Positions 1-9,519 are shown, counted from the first letter of the stretch. The stretch is DNA of 57,259 nucleotides from an uncultured virus (IMG/VR IMGVR_UViG_3300028920_000028) (IMGVR_UViG_3300028920_000028); one strand, 5' to 3'. Notes: generated from the letters alone by a model not told the origin. Translations and numbers: made by a program.

Positions 1-346
1 TGTCCATGATGCCCCGCATGCGGGACAGCCAGTCGGGCGACAGCTTCGGCGGGAGCACGTCGTTGTCCGTGACCACGTAGTAGTCGTCCGTGACCTCCGC
101 CATCATGTGGAACACGCCCTTGTTGTACAGGCACCCGGTGTTTCGAGAGTCCAAGGTCAAAGAGGTCAGCTTGCCGCCCTCGAGGAGGCCCAGGGCGTAC
201 TCCCTGTCCTCCCTGTTGGACATGCAGTCGTTGTCGTACATGTGCAGGTCGAACGTCCCCGGGTCCGTCCGCTCGTAGATCTCCCGGACGCACCGCTTGG
301 TCATGAGCCGGCGGTGGAACGACGTGATGAATATCGGCGTCCTCAT
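1..346 (-). CDS. Glycosyltransferase family 2 (GT-A), runs off the left edge
   Basis: Hand translation from ATG 346: MRTPIFITSFHRRLMTKRCVREIYERT...MYDND...YYVVTDNDVLPP; GT2-type N-terminal strand/helix and DxD motif (DND). Confidence 0.75.
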   Translation of the reverse strand, partial: MRTPIFITSFHRRLMTKRCVREIYERTDPGTFDLHMYDNDCMSNREDREYALGLLEGGKLTSLTLDSRNTGCLYNKGVFHMMAEVTDDYYVVTDNDVLPPKLSPDWLSRMRGIMD

Positions 347-933
347 GTCTGCTGGCCTATCTGTCCCTGTATCTGCGTAAGGGCTTCCTTGACGCCCTTC
401 ATCTCGGTTTCCAGGTTCAGCTGCTGGTCGGGGACGTTGAGGATGGCGTACTGCATGGTGTCGCACATCCACCTCGTCATCGCCGACTGCACCATCGCCG
501 GGAACTTGCCCTCGATGAGCCGCCGCACCCTCTCGTAGGACTCCTTCAGCTGCTCGTCCTCATTGACCATCTGGGTGACGCTCTCCTTGAACGTCCTCAC
601 GGACTCCTCGACGATCATGCTCACCATCTGCTCCCGGGAGGACCTGTATTCCCTCATGCGACCCTGGTAAGTGCTGGACGCGCGTATCTCGTCGTCGGTG
701 GCCTTCGACGCCCTTTTGTCGCTGCCCCACGACGACAGGGACGCGTCCCTCGCCCTCATGTCGGTGAGAACGGACTCCTCGTACGCCCTGCGCTCCTCGG
801 CGTACGGCTCCTCGAGCCACTTGCGCATGACCTCCACGGCCAGGGACTTCTTCTGCTTCGCGCTGAGCGACTTGAACATGTCGACGATCGTGTCGCCGAG
901 CTGGTGCGCCTCAATCTTCAACGTCACGTCCAT
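343..933 (-). CDS. Hypothetical helical/coiled-coil protein
   Basis: 196-aa ORF with natural composition; ATGA overlap with the downstream gene. Confidence 0.75.
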   Translation of the reverse strand: MDVTLKIEAHQLGDTIVDMFKSLSAKQKKSLAVEVMRKWLEEPYAEERRAYEESVLTDMRARDASLSSWGSDKRASKATDDEIRASSTYQGRMREYRSSREQMVSMIVEESVRTFKESVTQMVNEDEQLKESYERVRRLIEGKFPAMVQSAMTRWMCDTMQYAILNVPDQQLNLETEMKGVKEALTQIQGQIGQQT

Positions 934-1225
934 CGGTTCCCTCCTTTTCCACGGGTTCGTAGAATGCGTTGAGTCTTTCCTCGTTGAGGACCATGAGGGT
1001 CTTCAGCCGCCCCACGGCGATGTAGTCCCCGTATTCGGCCTTCTCCGTGTCCCCGTCCCCTGTTTCGACAAAGATCGCCCCGTCGGCGAACACGATGTCG
1101 CCGTCGTCGTACGCCCTGACGAAAACCTCCGGCAGATCCTCGAAGTTTGGCTCGTCGAGGAGGTCGGACACGGCATACACGTCGACCTCGAGCGGCTTCC
1201 TCCTGCATCTCAAAGGCTTTATCAT
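911..1225 (-). CDS. Hypothetical phage protein (MIKPLRCRRKPLEVDVY...)
   Basis: Real part of ORF 911..1852; start overlaps the methyltransferase stop; RKKPvxVxA-like N-terminus and ...AEYGDYI motif typical of a small phage family. Confidence 0.65.
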   Translation of the reverse strand: MIKPLRCRRKPLEVDVYAVSDLLDEPNFEDLPEVFVRAYDDGDIVFADGAIFVETGDGDTEKAEYGDYIAVGRLKTLMVLNEERLNAFYEPVEKEGTDGRDVED

Positions 1226-1833
1226 CGCGCCCCCCCGTCGTGCGTTATGAAGTAGTTGCCTGGGATGGCCGTGCCCGGGTAGGGCGCGAAGTCCAGCTTG
1301 AACCCGGGCATCACCCCCCATATGTCCCTGATAACGTCCTCGTCCGGCGTCCACAGGTGCTGGGGGTTCCCCCTGTGATCCTGGTCGGGGAGAGACACGA
1401 TGACCCCCTTCACCGCCAGATCCCGCATCCTCTCGGCGCAAACCCTCACCTCGTCCAGGGGCATATGCTCGAGCGTCTCGAAGCACATGACCGCGTCGTA
1501 CGCGCCGGGGAGGTCCAAGTCGGCGAAGTACCCCTCGTGCACCGCGTACCTTATGAAGTTGCGGTCGGCGTACCTGCGCGCCGCCGCGGCCAGGTCGGGT
1601 ATCAATTCCACGCCCTCGACCTTGAAGCCCTTCCCTATGAGAAGGAAGTCGAGCCACCCGTCGTAGCTGCCGATGTCCAAGGCGGTTTCGGCGCCGATTT
1701 CCTTGAGAAAGCCGGTCGCCTTGAGGTAGTGGTTTGCGTCCCGGACATTGCCCATGTGGGCCATCGGGTTCGGGAGGTAGCCCCCCGGCAGCCGCACCGA
1801 GTGCGCCCGGATCCGCTCCGTCCTGTCCCTCAT
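1222..1833 (-). CDS. Class I SAM-dependent methyltransferase
   Basis: ALDIGSYDG motif I, GVEL motif II, YDAVMCFETLEHM. Confidence 0.85.
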   Translation of the reverse strand: MRDRTERIRAHSVRLPGGYLPNPMAHMGNVRDANHYLKATGFLKEIGAETALDIGSYDGWLDFLLIGKGFKVEGVELIPDLAAAARRYADRNFIRYAVHEGYFADLDLPGAYDAVMCFETLEHMPLDEVRVCAERMRDLAVKGVIVSLPDQDHRGNPQHLWTPDEDVIRDIWGVMPGFKLDFAPYPGTAIPGNYFITHDGGAR

Positions 1834-2477
1834 GGCATCCCCACCCATTCAAAGTCCCCCGTCCCCTCGTCCCACAGCACCGCGTGGCTCCATCCGTACC
1901 CGAGGCCTATGGTCCTGACGCCCCCGTAGTCGTAGACGCCGTAGTAGTGGTGGTGCCCGAACGCGTGCAGCCTCGGCCTCAGCAGCGCCGCGAGCCCGGA
2001 CACCTCCGGCTTCCCCCTGTCAGACCACTTGCCGTCCGGCGGGTACGGCGACGGGGCCTCGTGCGTGAGCAGTATGTCCGCCCCCTTCGCGTCCGACGTT
2101 ATAGCTTCTATCTCCTCGCGCAGATAGTGCCTGTCCCGGCTCCCCGGCACGTTCGCCCGCGTCTCCCCGAACCATTTGGGGGAGAAGTTGCCCCCCAAGG
2201 CGGCCACCCTGATCGCGGCGCCGCCCACATCGAACTCGTAGATGTTCCCGTTTCTCATGAACGGGCCGCGGGGCGCCTCCCCCATCCCGCGCAGCGCCGC
2301 CCAATTCTCGTGGTTGCCCTGGATGAAGTGGAAGTTCCCCGGGAGATCCGGCGGGTACTCCAGCCCCTCCCCCCCGAAGTCCCCCACCTGGAGCCAGAGG
2401 CCCACGTCCGGGAGGCCCGACATCATCTTGAGGGCGTCCCCGAACTTCCCGTGGACGTCCCCCAGCAACCCGATCAT
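1830..2477 (-). CDS. Calcineurin-like metallophosphoesterase
   Basis: GDVHG, QVGDFG, GNHE, LLTHEAP, FGHHH motifs. Confidence 0.9.
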   Translation of the reverse strand: MIGLLGDVHGKFGDALKMMSGLPDVGLWLQVGDFGGEGLEYPPDLPGNFHFIQGNHENWAALRGMGEAPRGPFMRNGNIYEFDVGGAAIRVAALGGNFSPKWFGETRANVPGSRDRHYLREEIEAITSDAKGADILLTHEAPSPYPPDGKWSDRGKPEVSGLAALLRPRLHAFGHHHYYGVYDYGGVRTIGLGYGWSHAVLWDEGTGDFEWVGMP

Positions 2478-2605
2478 CCCTCTGGCCTCTCCTCGTTGGG
2501 CTTGAAAAACTTCGAACCCTTGTACATCACGTAGGCCACGACGGCGGCCACGGCGACGAACAGCAGCCTAGACCCCCACCAGCTCGCCTTCCTTCTCCTG
2601 AACAT
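2474..2605 (-). CDS. Small single-TM membrane protein (43 aa)
   Basis: Hand translation MFRRRKASWWGSRLLFVAVAAVVAYVMYKGSKFFKPNEERPEG; fills the gap with an ATGA overlap. Confidence 0.6.
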   Translation of the reverse strand: MFRRRKASWWGSRLLFVAVAAVVAYVMYKGSKFFKPNEERPEG

Positions 2606-2625
2606 GTCTGCCCCCTTTCAGCCGG

Positions 2626-3420
2626 CTAGAAACCGAGATCCTCCAGCGTCCGCTGGTCGCCCTCGGTGTGAAGTTCCCCGTCGTCCACGAGGGGGTGGGA
2701 CGTCACCCACCGGTGCACGTACCCCCTGTCCGCCGTGAATATCGGTATGTCATAGTCCAAAACCCACTCGCACCTCTCGTCCCCGTCCCTGCGGTCGAAG
2801 CAGCAGATCCCGCGCTTGATCCTGGTGTCGAAGTCGTTCCAGTTGACACCCCGCTCCATGAGCATGTCCTGCAGCTGCGACGAGTTCTTGCCGACCATTT
2901 CCCCGTGGCTGTAGTGTTCCCTGACAGCCATCTGGACGGAGTTGCGCGTGCAGTCCTGCTGGCGCCATATGAAGTAGTTGGCGACATCGTCCTGCGGGAC
3001 GTTGAAGGCCCTGCAGTCGAAGTGCGGGGCCTCGTCCCCGCCGAACCTGTTGTGGATGACGAGCGCGCACTCGGCATATCGGGCCGTGAACTCCGAGGCC
3101 GTCACGGACAGGATCTTCTGCAGGCTGTAGTCGAAGTACGCATCCTCGTCAATGTGCCTGTAGTCAGCCAGGAACAGCGACACCTCGTCCGAGAAGTGGT
3201 ATCCGAACCTGGCTCCGGGGACGGCCTCGCACAGCTTCACCATGGCATAGCACATGCAGTCGTGAAAGACCTCGTCGTACGGTCGCTTGAATCCCTTGGC
3301 GTATGTGTGGAAGGCCCTTCCGTCCAGCCTGACTATCACCGGCACGCGGCGGGTCAGCGACGCCGATGTCGTGACCGCCTCGTACCTCTTCATCCTGTCG
3401 CCTATCGACGACCCCTTCAT
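2626..3420 (-). CDS. thg1: tRNA(His) guanylyltransferase Thg1-like protein
   Basis: GDRMKRYE, IVRLDGRAFH, FSDEVSL, FDCRAF, YFIWRQQDCTRNSV motifs. Confidence 0.93.
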   Translation of the reverse strand: MKGSSIGDRMKRYEAVTTSASLTRRVPVIVRLDGRAFHTYAKGFKRPYDEVFHDCMCYAMVKLCEAVPGARFGYHFSDEVSLFLADYRHIDEDAYFDYSLQKILSVTASEFTARYAECALVIHNRFGGDEAPHFDCRAFNVPQDDVANYFIWRQQDCTRNSVQMAVREHYSHGEMVGKNSSQLQDMLMERGVNWNDFDTRIKRGICCFDRRDGDERCEWVLDYDIPIFTADRGYVHRWVTSHPLVDDGELHTEGDQRTLEDLGF

Positions 3421-4037
3421 GGCGCCTCCACTTCCAATGCCCTCATGATGTCGCCGACCACTTCGGCGTCCTTCCTGTGCAGGTTCGACGGGTTCCACGG
3501 CACGCCGCCGCGCAGAAGCCCCGAGGGGTGGTAGGTCGGCACCATCGGCACGAGCCCGAGGCCGCCGCCCATCCGCACGTAGTACAGGCTCCCCCTGTCC
3601 GCCGAAATCGCGGCCCTGCTGTCCTTTATGAGCGCCCTCTTCGCCGCGTTGCCGAGCGGCACGACCGCGCGCAGCCCGCGGGTCCGGAGATAGGCGATGT
3701 CGCGCTCGAGCAGCGGCCTGCAGTGGGCCAGCTCCTCGTCGGTCGGCACCCGGTTGCCCTCGGGGCAGTCCCTTATCGTGTTCGAGAACGCGACGCCCAC
3801 GTACCTCCCCACCTTCCCCCGCACCCACACCATCTGGCTGCGTATCCTCCTGCCCGCCGGCCCGCAGAACGGGCGGCCGCGCCTCTTCTCCTGCCTGCCG
3901 CCTCCCTGCCCCACGAACAGCAGGCTGACTTGGCCGTCGGGATCCGGATACATCTCGGTGGGGAGCATCGTGCACGAGCCCCAGGCGGGGCAGCCCTCGT
4001 CCCCGCAGTCGCACCTGATCCTTCTATACGCGGCCAA
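3417..4037 (-). CDS. Uracil-DNA glycosylase family 4-like protein
   Basis: Cys-rich N-terminus, LLFVGQGGG (GEAPG variant), RPFCGPAG, CPEGNRVP, TYHPS. Confidence 0.8.
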   Translation of the reverse strand: MAAYRRIRCDCGDEGCPAWGSCTMLPTEMYPDPDGQVSLLFVGQGGGRQEKRRGRPFCGPAGRRIRSQMVWVRGKVGRYVGVAFSNTIRDCPEGNRVPTDEELAHCRPLLERDIAYLRTRGLRAVVPLGNAAKRALIKDSRAAISADRGSLYYVRMGGGLGLVPMVPTYHPSGLLRGGVPWNPSNLHRKDAEVVGDIMRALEVEAP

Positions 4038-5772
4038 CCTTGGCCCTTCCCCGCCGCGACCGAACCCTGCCGTTGCCGCCGCCCCCGTGCGGGACGGCAG
4101 ATAACTTGACGTTACGCGAGCGGACGCCGCCGCTCACGACCGTTGTGGATCCCGCCAGGCGAAGTCTGCCCACAACCCCCTCTGCGGTTTTCTCGTCCGT
4201 CTTTGACGCCTCGTACGGGTCGTTGCCGCCGAAGTTGCACACCTGTATCGCCCGCTTCGACATGAGTATGGACTCCACCGCGGCCGACAGGCTCTCGTTC
4301 GTCACCTCGTCGCTGAGCAGGACGGCCTTCTCGACGAGCTCGCAGATGTCCGCCTGCGTCATCCCGTTTCCGATCACGGAGTCGAAGATGTCGGCGTCCA
4401 CGTCGCCGATGGCCGGGAACTCGGGGCGTATGGACTCGTCGGAGGACACAATCTTCCCGAACCTGGCCTCCATCACCTCGTAGGCCTCCTCCGCGGTCTG
4501 CGGGGGCTTGATGAGTATGACCTGGTCAAGGCGCCCGGGGCGGCTGATAAGCGTGTAGTGCACCAGCTTGGTGTCGTTGATGGTGGCTATGAAGACCGCG
4601 TTCAGGGACCGGTTCACGTCGTCTATGCAGTCCAGGAAGACACCGAGCCTCTCGTTCTTCTCGTCGAACCTGTACGAGTCGAGATCCTCCAGCACCACTA
4701 TGCACGGCTGCATGTAGGAGATGGTCTTGAAGGTCTCCTTGATCTCCCACGGCACGCCGAAGTTGTCGGCGCTCAGGTAGACCATCGGGAAGTCCCGGAG
4801 GGAGTCCTCCAGCTTTCGGATGATGGTGGACTTGCCCGTGCCGGGCACCCCGACGAACGCGTAGCCGCGCTTGCGCCCGCGCCGCAGCACCTTGCGCACC
4901 TCCGCCGAAAACGACGCGATGTCGTATTGGTTTATCCGCTCCCCGAAGGTCATTCGCCGCCGGGACCGCAGCCCCCTGCTTATGTGTATGACGTTGTTCG
5001 ACACGTCGAAGTGGCGCAGGAAGTCCTTGAAGACCGCGCTCTTGAGGCGCTCCCTCGCGGCGTCCACCGCGCTTTCCTCGTCCTCGGCCGGCGCGGGCAT
5101 CCCCGGATCCGCCCCCAGCACCATGGACGAGAGGTAGAATATGGTGGAGGCGGTGATGGTCAGCTTGTCGTCGAACTTGAGGTAGGACAGTTCCCACACG
5201 AACCTGCGGCCCTCGAAGTTGATGAGCACGAACACGTTGCCGTGCTCGACATCCCACATGTCCCGCGCGCTCTGGAGGTCGTCCTTGTAGAAACCCTCTA
5301 TCGCGAACTCCGTCGTCTTGGGCTTGCCGGAGATCCACAGGCAGATGTCCTTCCCCAGATCGAAGTTCGCGCTGACGAACACCTTGTCGTCGCCCTTCTC
5401 GGGGTCGCGGCACCCGAGCAGCCTGCGGACCTTGACTTCCTTTTCGTTGTAGACGTTGGGCTTCTCGGTCGTGACCCTGTGGAAGCGGCGGATCTTCGAG
5501 GCCAGGTGGCTTGTCAACACCACGGCCGGGGTGCCGTACTCCACGATGTCCATAACCCTCTTGATGCGCGGCCCCGCGAACCTCGTGCGCTTGGCGAACT
5601 TCGCCGTGGCGCGGGCGATGTCTATCAGAAAGGTGGGGGAGTTGTTGTAGGACGAAAGGAGATACTTCGCGAGGCCCCTCAGGTTTCTATCGTAGGAGGC
5701 CGCATTCTCCGCCCCCTCCACCGCGTGGTTGTCATTGCCCGGAACCTGTCCATCCATGTATAGAAGAGACAC
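4024..5772 (-). CDS. AAA+ ATPase with long N-terminal domain
   Basis: Walker A GVPGTGKS, Walker B VVLEDLD, SRH LISRPGRLD. Confidence 0.88.
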   Translation of the reverse strand: MSLLYMDGQVPGNDNHAVEGAENAASYDRNLRGLAKYLLSSYNNSPTFLIDIARATAKFAKRTRFAGPRIKRVMDIVEYGTPAVVLTSHLASKIRRFHRVTTEKPNVYNEKEVKVRRLLGCRDPEKGDDKVFVSANFDLGKDICLWISGKPKTTEFAIEGFYKDDLQSARDMWDVEHGNVFVLINFEGRRFVWELSYLKFDDKLTITASTIFYLSSMVLGADPGMPAPAEDEESAVDAARERLKSAVFKDFLRHFDVSNNVIHISRGLRSRRRMTFGERINQYDIASFSAEVRKVLRRGRKRGYAFVGVPGTGKSTIIRKLEDSLRDFPMVYLSADNFGVPWEIKETFKTISYMQPCIVVLEDLDSYRFDEKNERLGVFLDCIDDVNRSLNAVFIATINDTKLVHYTLISRPGRLDQVILIKPPQTAEEAYEVMEARFGKIVSSDESIRPEFPAIGDVDADIFDSVIGNGMTQADICELVEKAVLLSDEVTNESLSAAVESILMSKRAIQVCNFGGNDPYEASKTDEKTAEGVVGRLRLAGSTTVVSGGVRSRNVKLSAVPHGGGGNGRVRSRRGRAKVGRV

Positions 5773-5815
5773 ACACCCTCCGACAGCCTGACGTTTTTAC
5801 TGTTCCTTACGCCAT

Positions 5816-5844
5816 AATATACTGTCATGGAGGGCGGACATTAA
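5816..5844 (-). promoter_or_regulatory. Putative promoter TTAATG-N17-TATATT
   Basis: Same -10 hexamer as seven other intergenic sites; upstream of the AAA gene. Confidence 0.5.
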
Positions 5845-5866
5845 AGCCCCACCGGCAAAAACCTGA

Positions 5867-6028
5867 TTATCTGCCGTAACCTGAGGATTTCCGCCCGTAG
5901 ACGCTACTTCCGTAGCCGGCCTTCCCTTCCTTTCGGGCCTCCTCCTCGGCCTCCGGGGTCCCGGGAGGGGCCTTCTTCGGCGGCGAGTCCTGCTTGGTCA
6001 TCCTCGGCTTGCGCTTTCCGTACGGCAT
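5867..6028 (-). CDS. Small basic protein (53 aa)
   Basis: Hand translation MPYGKRKPRMTKQDSPPKK...GYGSSVYGRKSSGYGR; GGAG upstream. Confidence 0.5.
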   Translation of the reverse strand: MPYGKRKPRMTKQDSPPKKAPPGTPEAEEEARKEGKAGYGSSVYGRKSSGYGR

Positions 6029-6062
6029 GGCACCACTCCTTTTTCGATTGTTGCCGCGGCCC

Positions 6063-6590
6063 CTAATCCCCCAACAGCTGCCCGAGGGCGTAGTCCCTGA
6101 GGATCATGGTGAGCAGGGCGGCCCCGAACCCTATGTAGGCCGCGTTCCTCTCGAGCCACGTGCGCCGGCTCTTCAGGTGCAGCCTGGCGATCTCCTGCTG
6201 GTAAAGCGACTCGGCCGCCAAAGCCTTGTCGTAGTACGACTTCATGAGGTACTCGCGGTACCTCAGCTCCCGCACGTGCCTGGGCCACGCGGCTTCGTAG
6301 TAGAGGCTCAAGGCCGCCTTGCGCTCGCTTATCAAAATGCCGCCGGGGATCTCCATGGTGTCCCCGTCCTCGGTGACGAGGGTGCCCGGGCCGACGGCGA
6401 TCGACTTGAAGTCCTCGTACGTCGAGTCCACGACGGCGCTGGTGTCCTGGTCGGCCAATGGCTGGATGCTGTCCAGCTCCAAATATTTTGGCATGAAGCT
6501 GTACTGAAGCGGCGGCTTGTCCAACGCCTGTTTGGGGGCGCAGGACGCAACCAACATGATTCCGAGCGTAAGCAGGATTGTACCTTTCAT
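6063..6590 (-). CDS. Lipoprotein with C-terminal TM helix, spanin-like
   Basis: MKGTILLTLGIMLVAS-C lipobox; C-terminal AAYIGFGAALLTMIL hydrophobic segment. Confidence 0.6.
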   Translation of the reverse strand: MKGTILLTLGIMLVASCAPKQALDKPPLQYSFMPKYLELDSIQPLADQDTSAVVDSTYEDFKSIAVGPGTLVTEDGDTMEIPGGILISERKAALSLYYEAAWPRHVRELRYREYLMKSYYDKALAAESLYQQEIARLHLKSRRTWLERNAAYIGFGAALLTMILRDYALGQLLGD

Positions 6591-6592
6591 AA

Positions 6593-6958
6593 TCACCCCA
6601 TCATCGCGGCGAGCCTCTTCCGGCGCTCGCTCTTGTCCGTGATCTTCTTCACTTCCTTGAGCTCCTCGATCTTGGCGGCGTTCTTGGCCTTCGCCGCGGA
6701 CACCTCGATGGCCGCCTCCATCTGCGCCTCGTGGAGATCCTCCTTGATGTCGTCCATCGCGCCCCGCACGGGATCCGGCCCCGCGCCCCCGCCGTCGCCC
6801 CTGCGTCGGTTGATGAGGCTGACCACGATGACCACCGCCGCGGGCAGCAATATCAGGGCGTACTTCCAATACTTGCGCGTTACGGGGTTCCTCCACGTCA
6901 CGCCTATGACGATGGCCACCGCCAGTATCGCCGCCAGGGCTATCCACTCCCACGACAT
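6593..6958 (-). CDS. Two-TM protein with C-terminal coiled coil (lysis accessory?)
   Basis: MSWEWIALAAILAVAIVIGV and YALILLPAAVVIVVSLI TM segments, then an Ala/Lys/Glu helix. Confidence 0.65.
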   Translation of the reverse strand: MSWEWIALAAILAVAIVIGVTWRNPVTRKYWKYALILLPAAVVIVVSLINRRRGDGGGAGPDPVRGAMDDIKEDLHEAQMEAAIEVSAAKAKNAAKIEELKEVKKITDKSERRKRLAAMMG

Positions 6959-7191
6959 GCCTGACCTCCTTGGTCCTTGTTCACAGCGTCTATGAGGCGC
7001 CACGCGCGCCGATACAGCCTCACCATCAAGGGGACCCCGATCACCACCATTATGGCCCAGCAGGCCAGCGTGTGGGCGGAGCCGGTGACGATGTAGGTTA
7101 CCACTGATATGCCCAACGCGTACGCAGTCGTCAGGGTCGCGAATGCGGCCGCCGCGAGCAACATATTCTTCTGCGCCCTCGGACCCATCAT
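6940..7191 (-). CDS. Small two-TM membrane protein (holin-like size)
   Basis: MMGPRAQKNMLLAAAAF...; two hydrophobic segments and a basic C-terminus. Confidence 0.55.
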   Translation of the reverse strand: MMGPRAQKNMLLAAAAFATLTTAYALGISVVTYIVTGSAHTLACWAIMVVIGVPLMVRLYRRAWRLIDAVNKDQGGQACRGSG

Positions 7192-7640
7192 TGCCCCGGC
7201 TCCTCCCCGGTGCGGGGCGCGCCCAACGCCCTCGCCACCCTCTCGTAGTCCTCCACCGCCTTCCGGCACCTGGCCACCACCCACGCCTCGATCCTTTCCC
7301 ACTCCTCGGGTGTCATGTCGCCGAGGCCGGTGACCGAGCCGCCGGCCCTGCTGGCGCTGCGGTCGTCTATCACCAAGTCGGCGAGTACCTTCGACCTCCC
7401 CAGCGGGCCGTCCCCGATGGACCGGTTCACGGCGTCGAACTCGAGTCCCTGCATCCGGCAGTACTCCACCGCCCCCTCGAGGCCGTACATGGGTTCGCGG
7501 CACGTGGACAGGATGACCCGGCACCCGAACTCCCCCTTGAACCTCTTGAGGATCTCGATGGCGCGACCGATGGGCGGCCCGACCTCGGGGTAGCAATGCT
7601 TCACTATGGTCCCGTCGAAGTCGACGGCTATCGTCAGCAC
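7188..7640 (-). CDS. HAD-superfamily phosphatase
   Basis: IAVDFDGTIV motif I, ILSTCR motif II, K..ADLVIDDR motif III/IV. Confidence 0.88.
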   Translation of the reverse strand: MLTIAVDFDGTIVKHCYPEVGPPIGRAIEILKRFKGEFGCRVILSTCREPMYGLEGAVEYCRMQGLEFDAVNRSIGDGPLGRSKVLADLVIDDRSASRAGGSVTGLGDMTPEEWERIEAWVVARCRKAVEDYERVARALGAPRTGEEPGQ

Positions 7641-8932
7641 GGCGTCAGTCCCTCTCGCTCACGATCATCTCGACGGGTATGTTCACGCGGTTCGCCTGCC
7701 CGAGCGCCGAGAAGACGGGGGCCATCGAGTGGTCGATGCCCCGTAGCTTCTGCCGCATCAACACTATCGGCGAACCGATCTTGTGGGCTGGCGGGCAGTT
7801 CCTGGCCACCTCGCCGTCCATCCGCTTCATCAACGCCACCTTGGCGCCTACGGTCATGTCCCTCATCCTCATCCTCCATGACGTTGCCCGTGGGCCTCGT
7901 GCGCCTGTGCAGCGCCTTGCGCAGCCCGCGCAGATTGCCCCTCCGGTATGATATGGCGTCCCCGAACTCCTTGGGGAAACGCCTCCTCGCCTCGATGGCG
8001 AACTCCCTCATCTCCGCGCCCGCCCCCACCGCCGACTGCACCTCCGCGGCCATCCCGGCGGCGCGGGCCACGCCGGACTCGATACGGCCCTCCACCGCCG
8101 CCTTGATCCTGTCCGAGTCCCCACGGAACTCCTCCGGGATGCCCTCCAGGTATCTTTGGGGTATCGCCCCGAGGGCGGGGTCGTAGGCCTCCCAGAAGGC
8201 CAGCGGAGTCATGCGCGACACCATCTTGTGTATCCGGCAGTACTCCTCCCCCTTGATTTTGACCTTGAGGCCGTTGGAGAAGGTCACGACGCAGCCCTCC
8301 CGGTTCCCGGGGAGCGCCCTTATGTGTTCGGCAAGGGCCTCCAGCGACCCGAAGTCCGGCAGGAGCGGGGCAACGCGCACGCCCATCCAAGCCGCCTCCG
8401 ACGACAGCCTGTCGTGCGGCATCTCCCGGCCGGTCTCGATCTCGACGGCGCCGAGGAGGACGAGGCCCTCGAAGTCGTACGATATCACTATCTTGCGGCT
8501 GTAGATGATCTCGAACAGGTACGTGTAGCCGGAATCCATGGCGTCCGCGCGCACGTTTTCCCCGAACCACCGCTGGCCCCATTGCGCCATCTCCGAGTCG
8601 AACGACCCCCTCGTCGCTATGCGGTGCGCCCCCATCCAGCGGAAGTGGACGCCCAGGTAGCCGTCCAGCTTCTCCTGCGCGGTGAATGGCAGGTCGGGGA
8701 GGTTCTCGTACCTCGTCTCCTCGACCTCGTTGAGGTTGAAGAACTTGGACCAGGGGCGCGCCACGCACTCCCCCGACCGCTCGTCCAATATGAGGCCGCG
8801 TGCGGAGCGGGTGTACTCGTCCCACAGGGAGCCGTAGACGGCGGCGTGGTCGTAGTTGAGGATGGCCAGGCCGTCCTTGAACCTCTTGAGCACGTGCGGG
8901 TGCTCCAGATATGCCTTCACATCGTAGACCAT
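7634..8932 (-). CDS. T4 Rnl1-like RNA ligase
   Basis: ARGLILD, KFFNLNE, EKLDG (motif I), FEII, EGCVV, KVKIKGEEY. Confidence 0.9.
   Translation of the reverse strand: MVYDVKAYLEHPHVLKRFKDGLAILNYDHAAVYGSLWDEYTRSARGLILDERSGECVARPWSKFFNLNEVEETRYENLPDLPFTAQEKLDGYLGVHFRWMGAHRIATRGSFDSEMAQWGQRWFGENVRADAMDSGYTYLFEIIYSRKIVISYDFEGLVLLGAVEIETGREMPHDRLSSEAAWMGVRVAPLLPDFGSLEALAEHIRALPGNREGCVVTFSNGLKVKIKGEEYCRIHKMVSRMTPLAFWEAYDPALGAIPQRYLEGIPEEFRGDSDRIKAAVEGRIESGVARAAGMAAEVQSAVGAGAEMREFAIEARRRFPKEFGDAISYRRGNLRGLRKALHRRTRPTGNVMEDEDEGHDRRRQGGVDEADGRRGGQELPASPQDRFADSVDAAEATGHRPLDGPRLLGARAGEPREHTRRDDREREGLTPC
7645..7872 (-). CDS. Hypothetical protein overlapped by the RNA ligase tail
   Basis: GGAGG RBS; natural composition, unlike the overlapping ligase-frame tail. 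Confidence 0.55.
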   Translation of the reverse strand: MRMRDMTVGAKVALMKRMDGEVARNCPPAHKIGSPIVLMRQKLRGIDHSMAPVFSALGQANRVNIPVEMIVSERD

Positions 8933-8958
8933 AGGAAGATTGACGAAATAGTAGGGTA

Positions 8959-9519
8959 TTAGTCATGGTCCCAGATCGGATCCCTCGATCCCATGAAGGG
9001 GCTGACCTCCACGAGGTACTTCGCTATCTCGGGGAAGTCGGCGATAAACATCGGGTAGGTCTCCATGTCCCCCGTGTCCACGGCCTTGATGAGCCTGGCG
9101 AGCATGTCCACCTTGAACTGGATCTGGTCGTTCCAGTCGTGCCGGAACTGCTCGTACTCCCGCTCCGAGAACATGATGTCCGTCACGACGTCTATCTGCG
9201 GCACCGATGTCCCGCGCCTGTCGACCGTGTATTGGAAGGTGAGCGCCGTGTTGATCAGCGTCCCCTCCGTCCTGTGGCTGCGCAGCATCCGCACCCCGTC
9301 TATGTGCAGCGTCCTTACGCTCGTGAACACGAAGTTTCTCCAGTCCCCGGACCCCATGTGCCGGCGCCGCTCCTCGACCTCCGAATACCGCAACCGCTTG
9401 TAGCAGTGCGGCGGAAGCGAGAACACCGAGAACTGCCTGACGTGGGGGCTCGACTGCCCGAACACCAATTTCGCGGCGTAGTACGAGTACCCGCTCTTCG
9501 GATATCGATACTCGTTCAC
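8959..9519 (-). CDS. Hypothetical protein
   Basis: 186-aa ORF with natural composition. Confidence 0.7.
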   Translation of the reverse strand: MNEYRYPKSGYSYYAAKLVFGQSSPHVRQFSVFSLPPHCYKRLRYSEVEERRRHMGSGDWRNFVFTSVRTLHIDGVRMLRSHRTEGTLINTALTFQYTVDRRGTSVPQIDVVTDIMFSEREYEQFRHDWNDQIQFKVDMLARLIKAVDTGDMETYPMFIADFPEIAKYLVEVSPFMGSRDPIWDHD

